Source of the DNA: Octopus bimaculoides | Taxonomy: Eukaryota | DNA: 34,944 nucleotides | Assembly (NCBI RefSeq): GCF_001194135.2 | Contig: NC_068985.1 | Coordinates: 94,848,021-94,882,964, forward strand | Direction of reading: 5' to 3' | Shown: one piece after another, positions 1-10,790 of the stretch | How the letters are laid out: each line of letters begins with the position of its first letter | How positions within the stretch are numbered: position 1 is the stretch's first letter | Notes under the pieces: model-generated | Database searches by the model: none | What the model saw: the letters and a program-made list of their open reading frames with translations, nothing else | What the model was told of the DNA's origin: nothing | Program-made: the position numbers and the translations under genes

Positions 1-139
1 ATATATATATATATATAGTTGAAACTGACTTGTAAATGGACGCGTCGCGTTCAATAACATAATAATACAAAAGATATATGAGCATATGCATGTATACATA
101 CATATACGTACATACCTACATCTACACGTATATATAGAT

Positions 140-335
140 GCATATCCGGGTATAGGTTGTCAGAAAAATGTACGGGATCATGAAGCACAAAAGCGGACTT
201 TGCTTACAGACAACAGAACGAACACATCACATAGGAAAACAGACGAGCTATTTATGGAATTTTTCCTTCATCAGCTGCCTCAATTCTAAACTAGGCGTTT
301 CGAAGATGAGGCAGATTTGTTTAATTACATGGCTT
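140..335 (-). mobile_element. Degenerate Penelope-type terminal-repeat remnant (CAGCTGATGAAG family)
   Basis: The minus strand reads GAGGCAG-CTGATGA-AGGAAAAATTCC...TGTTTTCC...GTACATTTTTCTGACAACCTATACCGGATATGC. This resembles 32205-32372 (+) and 31935-32085 (-). The Penelope link is inferred from the hammerhead-like core. Confidence 0.45.
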
Positions 336-860
336 TCGCAGTCTCCACTTGGTGGGGTCACATCCTGTACACGCATAAAATATGCTTGAAAATGGTCTAG
401 TCGCATTGTGCATTTCATGAAGTGTATTCGTTTTAATCTCGTATATATAAATAATTGTAAGCAGAAGTTCGTGAACGGGACCTTAGTGGAATCCCGTCAT
501 ACATATTTATATATACATAAATTTGTTTGAATTTTTCTTTATATTAGCTAAGGTTAAATAAATTTGTACCTGTCTTTTCTCGCAATATCTAATTTAGCAG
601 TAAAAGAAAATATATNNNNNNNNNNNNNNNNNNNNNNNNNNNNNNNNNNNNNNNNNNNNNNNNNNNNNNNNNNNNNNNNNNNNNNNNNNNNNNNNNNNNN
701 NNNNNNNNNNNNNNNNNNNNNNNNNNNNNNNNNNNNNNNNNNNNNNNNNNNNNNNNNNNNNNNNNNNNNNNNNNNNNNNNNNNNNNNNNNNNNNNNNNNN
801 NNNNNNNNNNNNNNNNNNNNNNNNNNNNNNNNNNNNNNNNNNNNNNNNNNNNNNNNNNNN

Positions 861-907
<47 letters not shown>

Positions 908-2369
908 TCTCTAGGCTAATGCCTATCTCTTCTCGAGGATTTGCGGTACAATTTTTGTGAGCAAGTAACGTAATGCCAGGCACACTAACACGCGCGCACG
1001 TACACACATTTACTGTATGTATTACCTTTAATGTGGATTACATCTACTGTACGGCAAGAAGGTTACTTCGTTTATAGTTTTTCCATTGTATTGTACTCTA
1101 CCTCGATCAGTCGTATAGCAGTGTGTGTAGCTTCGCTCTTTTATTTTTCAGTATGAAAATTAAAATATCGTTTTTGTTACAATACTCCACTGTATTATCA
1201 AATATTTCATATTCGCGTGTTTAATGAGACATAAAGACAATGAATAACGCCTGACACTCAATATGGTCGGTGAAAAGACAAGGGATAGCGATGCATAATG
1301 ATATAGATTTTGTATGTATCTACAATTATTGAGGCATAGAAGATATATGGCGCAATGATATAGTTTTCCGTATCACATTTCCAGCTAATTTGTTCAGGAA
1401 ATTGTACTGCATTAACTTACTTTGAATATACTATAGATGTTATGGAGGAATGCATTCTTTTATAGCCCACTCTAAAGGAAGGAAAATATATATAAATCCC
1501 CGATTATATATACTTTTCTATTAAGATTATTATACTGTTGTTGCTAAACTCCGTTGCCATACTTTTTTTTATCCTTTGTTTAAATGAATCAGTAATTTAA
1601 TATTATAACATTTCTAAGGGACAGCGTCTTGGTTCAGAAGCCATAAAATCTTTATCTGCAATTATATATAGCCGAAATATATTGACGAAATGTCAAAGAT
1701 CATTAAAACTGTCTCAGATAATAAATGATCTTACCTAATAATGACCTGCAATTTCTTGTGATGTTGATTGTCTATTATCAGTTTCTGTTAATTGTTGCCA
1801 ATAGCTATCCAGTAAATATATGCACACGTATTTATATCTATGAGTTTATAAGCAGTCTTTGAGTATATGTTGTAACTATAATTCATCTTAACTTTGACAA
1901 GAATAAACTGTTTCGAATGGTACCACAATGCTCTATAATAAAAACAATGGGCTATATACCTGCTGTGTGCCAAATAAAACCGATTATAGCGGATACTCCA
2001 TCAATTCCTAGGGAATTTATTCCGAAATATTATCAGACTATGGATGGTTAAATTACAACACGTATATAACCCATTGTTTTGTATTATAGTGCATTATTGT
2101 ACCATTGCAAACATTTTATTCTTTACAAACAATACACAATGCTTCAAGCGAACTACAATACTCTCTTAACTTTGACGTTGGCATAGAGGTACACCAGAGA
2201 TTTGTGTATTTAGGTAAGTGATGGAGTGTGCATAGAATTGATAAGCTAGTTTGTAATTTGTACTGTCGTCTTCGTAAGTATTATACAGTTGTATAATCTC
2301 TCATGCACTTTATTATTACAAGTTCTGAATAATTATTGCCAAATCTTTTTGGAGAAATGTATTATTATC

Positions 2370-2605
2370 GATTCATTACTGTTCATATTTTATTGTCCTT
2401 TGTTTGAAAAATTCTCGTCACACACCCTGTAACCTTTTCAGTGACTCTCAATCCGGCGTCTCCTCTTGTTCTGCTTAGTCCACTCAGACAGAATGAACTA
2501 AACAGAACAGGAGACACACGGAATGGGAGGTCGCTGTAGAGGTCGCAAGATGTGTGACGAAAGATTTTCAAACAAAGGACTATAAAACAAGAACAGTAAT
2601 AAATC
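2370..2605. repeat. Long imperfect palindrome/foldback (arms about 115 bp, 5-nt loop AGACA at 2486-2490)
   Basis: Hand alignment of the left arm with the reverse complement of the right arm gives 93 identities in 118 columns. Confidence 0.95.
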
Positions 2606-2942
2606 TGAAGTGACGAACGAGCATACAGTGAGTATTATTTTCGATATCTTGAACTACATAACTCCTTAGACTTGAGTAAATCTAATAGTATGAGAATTGC
2701 TTCATACTTAGATATAAAAAGACACATTTGCAAAATACGGTAAAAAAAATACTGGCCCTACGTTGAGCGACTATAGGCTTAAATTGATAGATCATTTATT
2801 GACTTGGATCTTTTTATATTCTCATTGGCACGTTACTTTACAATCGGAAATAATATTAAGGGCGTTACTTTAGCTTACATCATGAATATATTCCTGCTCT
2901 AAATATTAGCAAATCATTCTTGATTACACGACAATAATATTC

Positions 2943-3137
2943 TTTACTTTTCTACTCTAGGCACAAGGCCTGAAATATTAGATCTACTCCACTACGCAAC
3001 TGCTACTTAATTTATCGAACCCGAAAGTGTGAAAGGCAAAGGTGACTTCAGCGGAATTTGAACTCGGAACATGAAGACACGAAATACTGCTAGGCATTTC
3101 TCCTAGCTTGCTAACATTTTTGCCAGCTCGCCACCTT
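2943..3137 (-). mobile_element. SINE family A copy with internal deletion
   Basis: The minus strand starts AGGTGGCGAGCTGGCAAAA (A-box-like) and has a GAGTTCAAATTCC B box. The body matches the other copies, and the 3' end is GCCTTGTGCCTAGAGTAGAAAAG. Confidence 0.9.
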
Positions 3138-3153
3138 ACATAACAATAATATT

Positions 3154-3370
3154 CTTTTCTTTTCTAGTCTAGGCACAAAGCCCGTTATATTTGGGGAGGG
3201 GGCCAGTCGATTAGATCTATCCAGTACGCAGCTGGTACTTAATTTATCGACCCCAAAAGGATGAAAGGCAAAGTCGACTCCGGCGGAATTTGAACTCAGA
3301 ACGTAAAGATAGATGAAGTACCGCTAAGCATTTCACCCGGCGTGCTAACGTTTCTGCCAGCTCGCCGCCT
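3154..3370 (-). mobile_element. SINE family A, near full length, tandem with the previous copy
   Basis: AGGCGGCGAGCTGGCAGAAACGTTAGCACGCCGGG head, GTTCAAATTCC B box and conserved body. Confidence 0.92.
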
Positions 3371-3682
3371 CACATGACGATGATATTATGATGTCGAGGA
3401 CGATCCTGCTACTGCTGATGATGGTGAAGATGATGATGATGATAATGAAGGAGAAGAAGAAGTAAAAATTGAGTAGAAAATGAAGAGAACAAAGCAGAGG
3501 TTGCAGACTGTTCTTAATTTGCCAAGATTATTTTTGTCTGTGAATAGGTTTCTTTAATCACGGCCTATCTTGGTTCCCATAGCAACTGTAATCGTATATC
3601 GTGGTTCTTTATTTGATTATGACAAGTGTAGGGTAATTGTCACATGATTTGAAGTCTAATATGAGCGATACAGTTTTTATAT

Positions 3683-4097
3683 TCTACTTGTTTCAGTCAT
3701 TACATTGTAGCCATGCTGGAGCACATCATTTAATCGAAAGAATCAACTACGGGACTAGATTTTTAATCCTAGTACTTAGTCTATGGATCTGTTTTGCCGA
3801 ATCGCTGAGGTACAGGAACGTCATCACGCCAACACCCATTGCTATGAGCTGGTGTGGGGGGGGGGGGCAAATACAGACGCAAAGGCACACTCGCATATGC
3901 ACACAGTCACTCTCTCACACACACATACATATATGTATGTGTGTGTGTGTATGTATGTATGCACATATATACACGATGTTCGTTCATCTTCCGTCTACCA
4001 AATCGACTTAAAAGACTTTGGTCAGCTCGAGGCTACAGTGGCACTGACACGGAAACAATGTGGTTGCAAAGCGAAGCTTTCTCTGCACAGCAGCCAT
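3683..4097 (-). mobile_element. SINE family B copy with internal (CA)/(TG)/(TA) microsatellite
   Basis: Collinear with 20197-20620 and 30638-31030. Shared TTCCGTCTACCAAATC block and CCATGCTGGAGCAC / TACTTGTTTCAGTCAT 3' region. Confidence 0.88.
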
Positions 4098-4587
4098 ACC
4101 TAAACTTATACATAGCAGTTATTTTTCATCAATTTTTACAGTGCTATATGATTCGAAACATAAAAGTGAATAACTTTATGAAACTTTCATACAGAAAAAA
4201 AAAATAATAATGACATTTCTATTGAACCAGACAGGCTGTAAAGCTGCCGCGTCAGCTTTAAGACGCCCCAGTGTTTCCGATCAAACCATTTTACATACAT
4301 AACATTCCAGTCGGTGGCAGTGACATTTCTATCATCATTTTTATGCCAAAACAATTCTATCTTCTGTTTGGAAGTAAACAGAAAAGAAATAACTAGCAAT
4401 TGAAAGGTTGGTAAGTATAAACNNNNNNNNNNNNNNNNNNNNNNNNNNNNNNNNNNNNNNNNNNNNNNNNNNNNNNNNNNNNNNNNNNNNNNNNNNNNNN
4501 NNNNNNNNNNNNNNNNNNNNNNCGAGAAATTAATTGTTAAAGAGCAATAATAAATCTCTGAGCGAGACGTAAACAGTAGCAGCACAG

Positions 4588-4875
4588 AATTGTGAAGTAT
4601 ATTTGTCACCTAAATGTGGTGGACCCATAGGGGACGATGCTGCTGTTGTTTGTTGCCTCAGGAAGACATCTCTTCCTGCTGGCTAGCGACCCGGCTCTGT
4701 GTGTATCACGTAAGGCTAGAGATGGGAACAATAATTTTCCTTCGCAAATACTAATCAGACACAGACAGTGTGTCGTTAGGGAGTTGGAGGAGACATCTTC
4801 CTGGTGCTATAAACAGCAGTAGCATCGTCCCCTATCGGTCCGCCAAATTGAAGTGGCAAATATATTTCACGAATT
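4588..4875. repeat. Long imperfect inverted repeat (arms 4588-4702 and 4759-4875, loop about 56 nt)
   Basis: Hand alignment gives about 90 identities in 117 columns, including the exact block ATAGGGGACGATGCT. Confidence 0.95.
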
Positions 4876-5031
4876 ATTAAAGAGTTATAAGCATTTATAT
4901 TTGTGTGATTTTAGCCTATCTAAATCCGGAAGCTATGATTGTCTCCATGAGAACAGCACACGCATAACCTTTACGGGGTCTTTCGACCAAGTAGAAAGTG
5001 TAGTAATAATAATGATAATAATAATAATAAT

Positions 5032-5088
5032 CCTTTCTACTATAGGCACTATGCCTGAAATTTTGGTGGAGGAGGGCAACCGATTAGA
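5032..5088 (-). mobile_element. SINE family A 3' end running into a gap
   Basis: CCTTTCTACTATAGGCACTATGCCTGAAATTTTGG matches the family A 3' end and follows an (AAT)n tract. Confidence 0.8.
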
Positions 5089-5281
5089 NNNNNNNNNNNN
5101 NNNNNNNNNNNNNNNNNNNNNNNNNNNNNNNNNNNNNNNNNNNNNNNNNNNNNNNNNNNNNNNNNNNNNNNNNNNNNNNNNNNNNNNNNNNNNNNNNNNN
5201 NNNNNNNNNNNNNNNNNNNNNNNNNNNNNNNNNNNNNNNNNNNNNNNNNNNNNNNNNNNNNNNNNNNNNNNNNNNNNNNNN

Positions 5282-5519
5282 GTGCCTTAGGTATAATAAA
5301 AAAAATATTCAAACAAATACATAACAAAAACACCAGGACTTACAAATAAATATAACATACAGAAAATTGCACTACTGAGTACTGCACACATTCTACGCAA
5401 AACACTTTCAATACAGTAAACATAAGAGCACCACAGCAAACCACAGCACATACCCAAGGCGCACAGAGCTGCGCTCGGTAGTGAAGTGAAAGCACGTTAT
5501 AAAAATAAAACTACTGAAC
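5282..5519 (+). mobile_element. R4/Dong-clade non-LTR retrotransposon 3' end (ORF C-terminus plus 3' UTR)
   Basis: With one frameshift it translates as ALGIIKK-YSNKYITKTPGLTNKYNIQKIALLSTAHILRKTLSIQ* (stop 5417-5419). This is the typical GALG...QKxxLLGTAxILRKxL terminus, and it is followed directly by (AAT)n. Confidence 0.85.
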
Positions 5520-5572
5520 AATAATAATAATAATAATAATAACAATAATAATAACAATAATAATAATAATAT
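5520..5572. repeat. (AAT)n microsatellite
   Basis: Seen directly in the sequence. Confidence 0.98.
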
Positions 5573-5699
5573 GTACATCTCCCTCAAAGAAATATCAGCC
5601 AGATACAGTTGACAAGAGAAACGGGAAACGGTTTCTTAAATGTAGAAAACTGACATCACTTATGTGATTTTGGCTGTGGAAACTACATTGAGAATAGAA

Positions 5700-6400
5700 A
5701 AGTTTTAATATTATATGAAGCCAAAAGCAGTAAGACTGTCACTACAACAGCGTTAGAATTCCAGAACAGAAAGGAGAACGACAGGATAAATAGCTTGAGA
5801 GAAGTAAAATTATAAAGCGATTACCTTCAATAAACCGAAAGTGAGGAATGCTACTTATGATTGACAAATGGAAGCCTGAAACATGGAACTGAATCGGTGA
5901 TTTGAGCCAATCAGGAAACAACGTTAGAACAAAAATTGATAAACACGGAATACAAAGAATGTGCACCTAAGTGAGGTAAGAATCTTGAACATAAAGTATG
6001 TCAGATTGATTGCGTCAATAAAACAGAATTGGGATGTTATTTAAGTTTTATAGATTCGAAGGGAAAGTAAAATCGTGTGACCAAAAACTAAAGGCTGTCG
6101 TTGTGAATTATAATCTCCAGATTTTATGGAATTTGTTTATTGGCCGACCGTACTATTGAAGCAAAAAGGTTGGATATGATCATAGACAGGATAAAAGGTA
6201 GAAAATGAAAAAAAATATGTAAGAACGTTGGCTTCTCTGTCCCAAATCTTAGAGTAGCGGATATCAAAATGATTGCAAAAAGTGAGAGGTACGATGACCT
6301 TGCCAGGGAGAGGAAGATATTATGCAGCTCAAAGTAAAATACGCTTGTGCAGTAAAGATGCAATCTGCACAACACCGAAACCTCTACTGAAATGTGGCGG
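5700..6400 (+). mobile_element. Old R4/Dong-clade fragment (post-RT, Zn-knuckle and RLE regions), many stops and frameshifts
   Basis: Remnant peptides are LTNGSLKHGTESVI*ANQE, NNVRTKIDK, KAVVVNYNLQILWNL, DRTIEAKRLDMII and KSERYDDLARE, in the expected order. Confidence 0.75.
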
Positions 6401-6480
6401 TAAATGGAATTGAGACACACATTGTCAAACTATACACAAACGCTCCCTTCTATTCTGCAAGGACACTAAAAATGATTTCC

Positions 6481-6610
6481 AAGGATTGAGGCTTGGGTTT
6501 CAATCCTTTTGGAATCAATAAAAGAAGTACAGATGAACACTGGAGTCGATTTTATCAATTTACCCCATCCCCGAAAAGTGCTAGCCATGTCTCCTAATTT
6601 GAAACCAATA
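6481..6610 (+). mobile_element. SINE family A 3' remnant
   Basis: AAGTACAGATGAACACTGGAGTCGATTTTATCAATT...AATTTGAAACCAATA resembles the family body and tail. Confidence 0.6.
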
Positions 6611-7385
6611 TCTGATGTTTTCTACAGCCGACGTACTATACAAAAATTACATTGCGGTATTGAGTAATATGCGCTGACACAAACATAATTCAAGGAACGA
6701 ATGGAGGATGTATATACTAGATATTACAGTTGCTGTCATGGCATCAACATTTAACTCCGACTATGAAGACAGACATCCACATTAATAAGATGTATACATC
6801 GCAGGAAAGAGTGATTCACGGGACATATTGGTTATTTGACGAACTGCTAGTTTATTATATGTGTGTGTATGTATATGTGTGCGTGCGTGTATATTAGTAG
6901 TAGTAGTAGCAGCAGCTGTGGTGGTTGCGTTGCATTTCTTTTCTTTCGAAATTGGTGAAGTGTTGTAAATCTGATCAAACAACGTAGTTACACAAAATTC
7001 CGGTGAAATTATTTTTGTTGTTTAGCCCGAAGTAAACTGTGACTGAAAAAGCCAATGATCAAAGGTTTTCAAACTCAAGCATTCCTAGTTTTCTTTTGTT
7101 CTGGCATTGGAATTTTGACTGCATTATCTAATTCGATCTTTCTTTGTTGAGTGAATAATGTGTGATTACTGTGCGATATATTATGCTATTTCCAACAAGT
7201 TGGAACTTTGTTTAGTCTCGCTTTTTCCTTTTTGCTTCTGTAAAGTAAGATAATGTAACCTTACTTTAATATTTTAGGGTAATTTAAATCAGCTAATCTA
7301 GCGCCGAAATTGTTGATCTCAAGAAACTAAGGAACTGATTTCGAACAAACCGTACATCTTTCATTGAATTTATTACCATAACGTA

Positions 7386-7613
7386 AGGCGGCGTGCTGGC
7401 AGAAACGTTAGCACGCCGGACGAAATGCTTAGTAGTATTTCGTCTGTCGCTACGTTCTGAGTTCAAATTCCGTCAAGGTTCACTTTGCATTTCATCCTTT
7501 CGGGTTCGATTAGATAAGTGCCAGTTACGCATTGGGGTCGATATGATCGACTTAAACTCTTTGTCTGTCCTTGTTTGTCCCCTCTATGTTTAGCCCCTTG
7601 TGGGCGATAAAGA
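7386..7613 (+). mobile_element. SINE family A copy with an alternative 3' tail
   Basis: AGGCGGCGTGCTGGCAGAAACGTTAG head and GAGTTCAAATTCC B box. The tail TTGTCTGTCCTTGTTTGTCCCCTCTATGTTTAGCCCC differs from the other copies. Confidence 0.92.
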
Positions 7614-7984
7614 TATAATTAATATCATAACGTAGATAATTAATTCCGTTCCAAGCATAATACCAGTAATTGTGAAGCGTGGAAATGTCCACGTTCACAT
7701 CGTCTAAATACCTGATTAGTATTTTTTCTCTCGAGTTTGGACGGATAAGCAATAAAGTTTACTATGGCAGGTATTCAGTTAATTATTTTGTCAATAATAC
7801 TAAATCCTACCTCTCAGTTTACCGTCACGATAATTGCACTTGATGAATATTTCACGGCTGATTTGCGGAAACTCAGGGCTTTATCCTCCTGTTATGCTGC
7901 TGTTTTTATTCAAACCTGATCTGCACCTGTTGATTTGTCCTACAGTCTATAGAGTCGTAGTTATGACCAGAACATTTATTTATT

Positions 7985-7987
7985 ATT

Positions 7988-8081
<94 letters not shown>

Positions 8082-8095
8082 TAATAATAATAATA
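7985..8095. repeat. Compound (GAT)n(AAT)n microsatellite running into a gap
   Basis: Seen directly in the sequence. Confidence 0.98.
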
Positions 8096-8390
8096 NNNNN
8101 NNNNNNNNNNNNNNNNNNNNNNNNNNNNNNNNNNNNNNNNNNNNNNNNNNNNNNNNNNNNNNNNNNNNNNNNNNNNNNNNNNNNNNNNNNNNNNNNNNNN
8201 NNNNNNNNNNNNNNNNNNNNNNNNNNNNNNNNNNNNNNNNNNNNNNNNNNNNNNNNNNNNNNNNNNNNNNNNNNNNNNNNNNNNNNNNNNNNNNNNNNNN
8301 NNNNNNNNNNNNNNNNNNNNNNNNNNNNNNNNNNNNNNNNNNNNNNNNNNNNNNNNNNNNNNNNNNNNNNNNNNNNNNNNNNNNNNNNNN

Positions 8391-8530
8391 TTAGCGGTTC
8401 GGCAAAAGAGACCGATAGAATAAGTACTAGGTTTCCAAAGAATAAGTCCTGGGGGTAGATTTGCTCTCTCTACTAAAGGCGGTGCTCCAGCATGGCCGCA
8501 GTCAAATGACTGAAACAAGTAGAACTAAAA
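8391..8530 (+). mobile_element. SINE family B 3' part
   Basis: TTAGCGGTTCGGCAAAAGAGACCGATAGAATAAGTACTAGG...CAGCATGGCCGCAGTCAAATGACTGAAACAAGTAG is the reverse complement of the other family B 3' ends. Confidence 0.92.
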
Positions 8531-10001
8531 CTAAATTGTTTTGACTATTATGAAATATAAGCCACGAGTTCAAATTATGCTTCGCTGTATATTTTGTTTT
8601 GACGGAGACTCCTCTGATAGAAATAATGTATTTATGAAGAAGACGGTAATGATATTTAGACTGTTCTTTTTAGTATTCAGAAACAAGGTATTTCCTGGAA
8701 AACATATCCAAACACAAGATTGGCGAGATTGATGACTGCTACGTGTGTTTTAATGATCACGAAGTGATTGTCTTTCGTGTAAATGTTCACGGCACACATC
8801 AATTGCGGTATCGGGTAGTCACTCCTTGTTTCCTACATTCTATTTAAGCAGAAACACGTATCATTTTGGTTATCTAAATATTTAATCCACTGTAAGAAAC
8901 GATTCTGATTTAATGACAAGAAAATGGATGCAATGTAATCGTCTCCCTCCGAGGCAAGATAGATATTACTTCATTTGTTTTTATAAGAAAAAAACGCGTT
9001 CTTCTTCACGATTCGTTTCGTAGAATTATGAGAGAATATCCAATTATAAATATACTCGCATATCTGAAAAATTCTTAAATATAATATCATCATTATCTCA
9101 TTGTCAATTTTGCTGTTCTGACATCGTTACGAGGGGAAAGTTCAATAGGTCATAATGATAGATCCAGTTGCCCTGGGAAATATTAAATTACTTCTTCCCA
9201 TTGTATTATGTGTATGATGTTAAGCATTACAGATATCTCTCGGGTCTTTTTGAAATGTATTTATGGCTGAAATTTAAAATTGCAACAAAAAATATCTAAC
9301 TCATGAGAATGTATCACATAAGAAATTTATTAAATCGACAAATTTGAAATGATACAAATTCTGCTCGACTCAAGTGAAGATTGGAAACTAAATATCATTT
9401 AAATAACATCAAGTTATAAGCTACGATTTTTTACAATTGTTTCCTACCTTCAATTATTCAAACGATCAATGGTCCTTAACGTTTCAGGACACATTTATAA
9501 ATAGTATAGGAGATTTTTGCTTTCCCATTCTATGGATATATATATGAATATATANNNNNNNNNNNNNNNNNNNNNNNNNNNNNNNNNNNNNNNNNNNNNN
9601 NNNNNNNNNNNNNNNNNNNNNNNNNNNNNNNNNNNNNNNNNNNNNNNNNNNNNNNNNNNNNNNNNNNNNNNNNNNNNNNNNNNNNNNNNNNNNNNNNNNN
9701 NNNNNNNNNNNNNNNNNNNNNNNNNNNNNNNNNNNNNNNNNNNNNNNNNNNNNNNNNNNNNNNNNNNNNNNNNNNNNNNNNNNNNNNNNNNNNNNNNNNN
9801 NNNNNNNNNNNNNNNNNNNNNNNNNNNNNNNNNNNNNNNNNNNNNNNNNNNNNNNNNNNNNNNNNNNNNNNNNNNNNNNNNNNNNNNNNNNNNNNNNNNN
9901 NNNNNNNNNNNNNNNNNNNNNNNNNNNNNNNNNNNNNNNNNNNNNNNNNNNNNNNNNNNNNNNNNNNNNNNNNNNNNNNNNNNNNNNNNNNNNNNNNNNN
10001 N

Positions 10002-10790
10002 AAGCAAATACTAATTTTACCTTCTCCTTATTTTAGTGCAAATTTTGAAGAGTGCAGTTCGATTTTACCAGTTATTTTTTACAAAACTATAATGGAAGTG
10101 ACAGAGGAACTTATTCGGTATATTTTGCTTTATGAGTTCAATAAACGCAACAACGCAAAGGAAAGTGCGAAGGATATTAATGCAATATACAATGAGCGTA
10201 AATCAGGGTAAATGGTGGTTCCAGAAATTCGTGCCGGAATCTACAACCTAGAAGGTGAGCCACATCCTGGAAGATCTGGAAGATCGAAGCGGATGTACTC
10301 CAAAACCTAGCGTAACAAAATCCCATCGTAAGTGTTAAGTTATTCAACCATTTATGGACACTAGCGCTGGAAGAAAAACAACCATCTTTGGTTTCAAGAC
10401 GAAAGGCGTTCTTCCATCAGGGTAATGCTTTGCCACATACAGCGAGGATGACATTCCAAAGGTTGGAGCAGTTTGAATGGGTTGCGATTCCCCACCCACC
10501 ATATTCGCCAGACTTTTCCCATCTGATTATGATTTATTCCGCAGCCATCACAATCATTTAAACGAGGTAAATATGAATTCAGCAGATGAGGTTAGAACAG
10601 TACTGGAGGAGTAGTTTTCGTCACGGACAAGAGAATTTTGGAAGACGGGCCTTGCAATTCTGGCAGATAGATGGAAGAGTATTGCAGAAAATGAAGGAGA
10701 ATATAATTTAAATTAAAAAAGAACTTTGTTTACCTTAATTTTGAAAAGTATAAGTAGTATAAAGATACTTGTTTATGAGATGACCCAATA
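10002..10790 (+). mobile_element. Mariner-family DNA transposon, internally deleted; 5' end lost in the gap
   Basis: ATG at 10092 gives MEVTEELIRYILLYEFNKRNNAKESAKDINAIY. Later remnants are FHQGNALPHTARMT, WVAIPHPPYSPD..SDYDLFRS and DRWKSIAENEGEY. The terminal repeat TTTATGAGATGACCCAA is followed by TA. The WVPHEL/TGDEKW region is missing. Confidence 0.93.

Noticed and set aside
1645-1695. GAAA-TATA-TT followed by GACG, resembling a hammerhead 3' half
   Set aside because: There is no CUGANGA-like segment or stem II upstream.
2188-2627. Possible plus-strand exons (27 nt ending at AG/GTAAGT near 2213; 2442-2627)
   Set aside because: No recognisable peptide; the longer one has stops in all frames and overlaps the hairpin.
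4228-4260. Hairpin plus CTGG-T on the minus strand as a Helitron 3' end
   Set aside because: It is a non-CTAG variant with no matching 5' TC end or other copy in the window.
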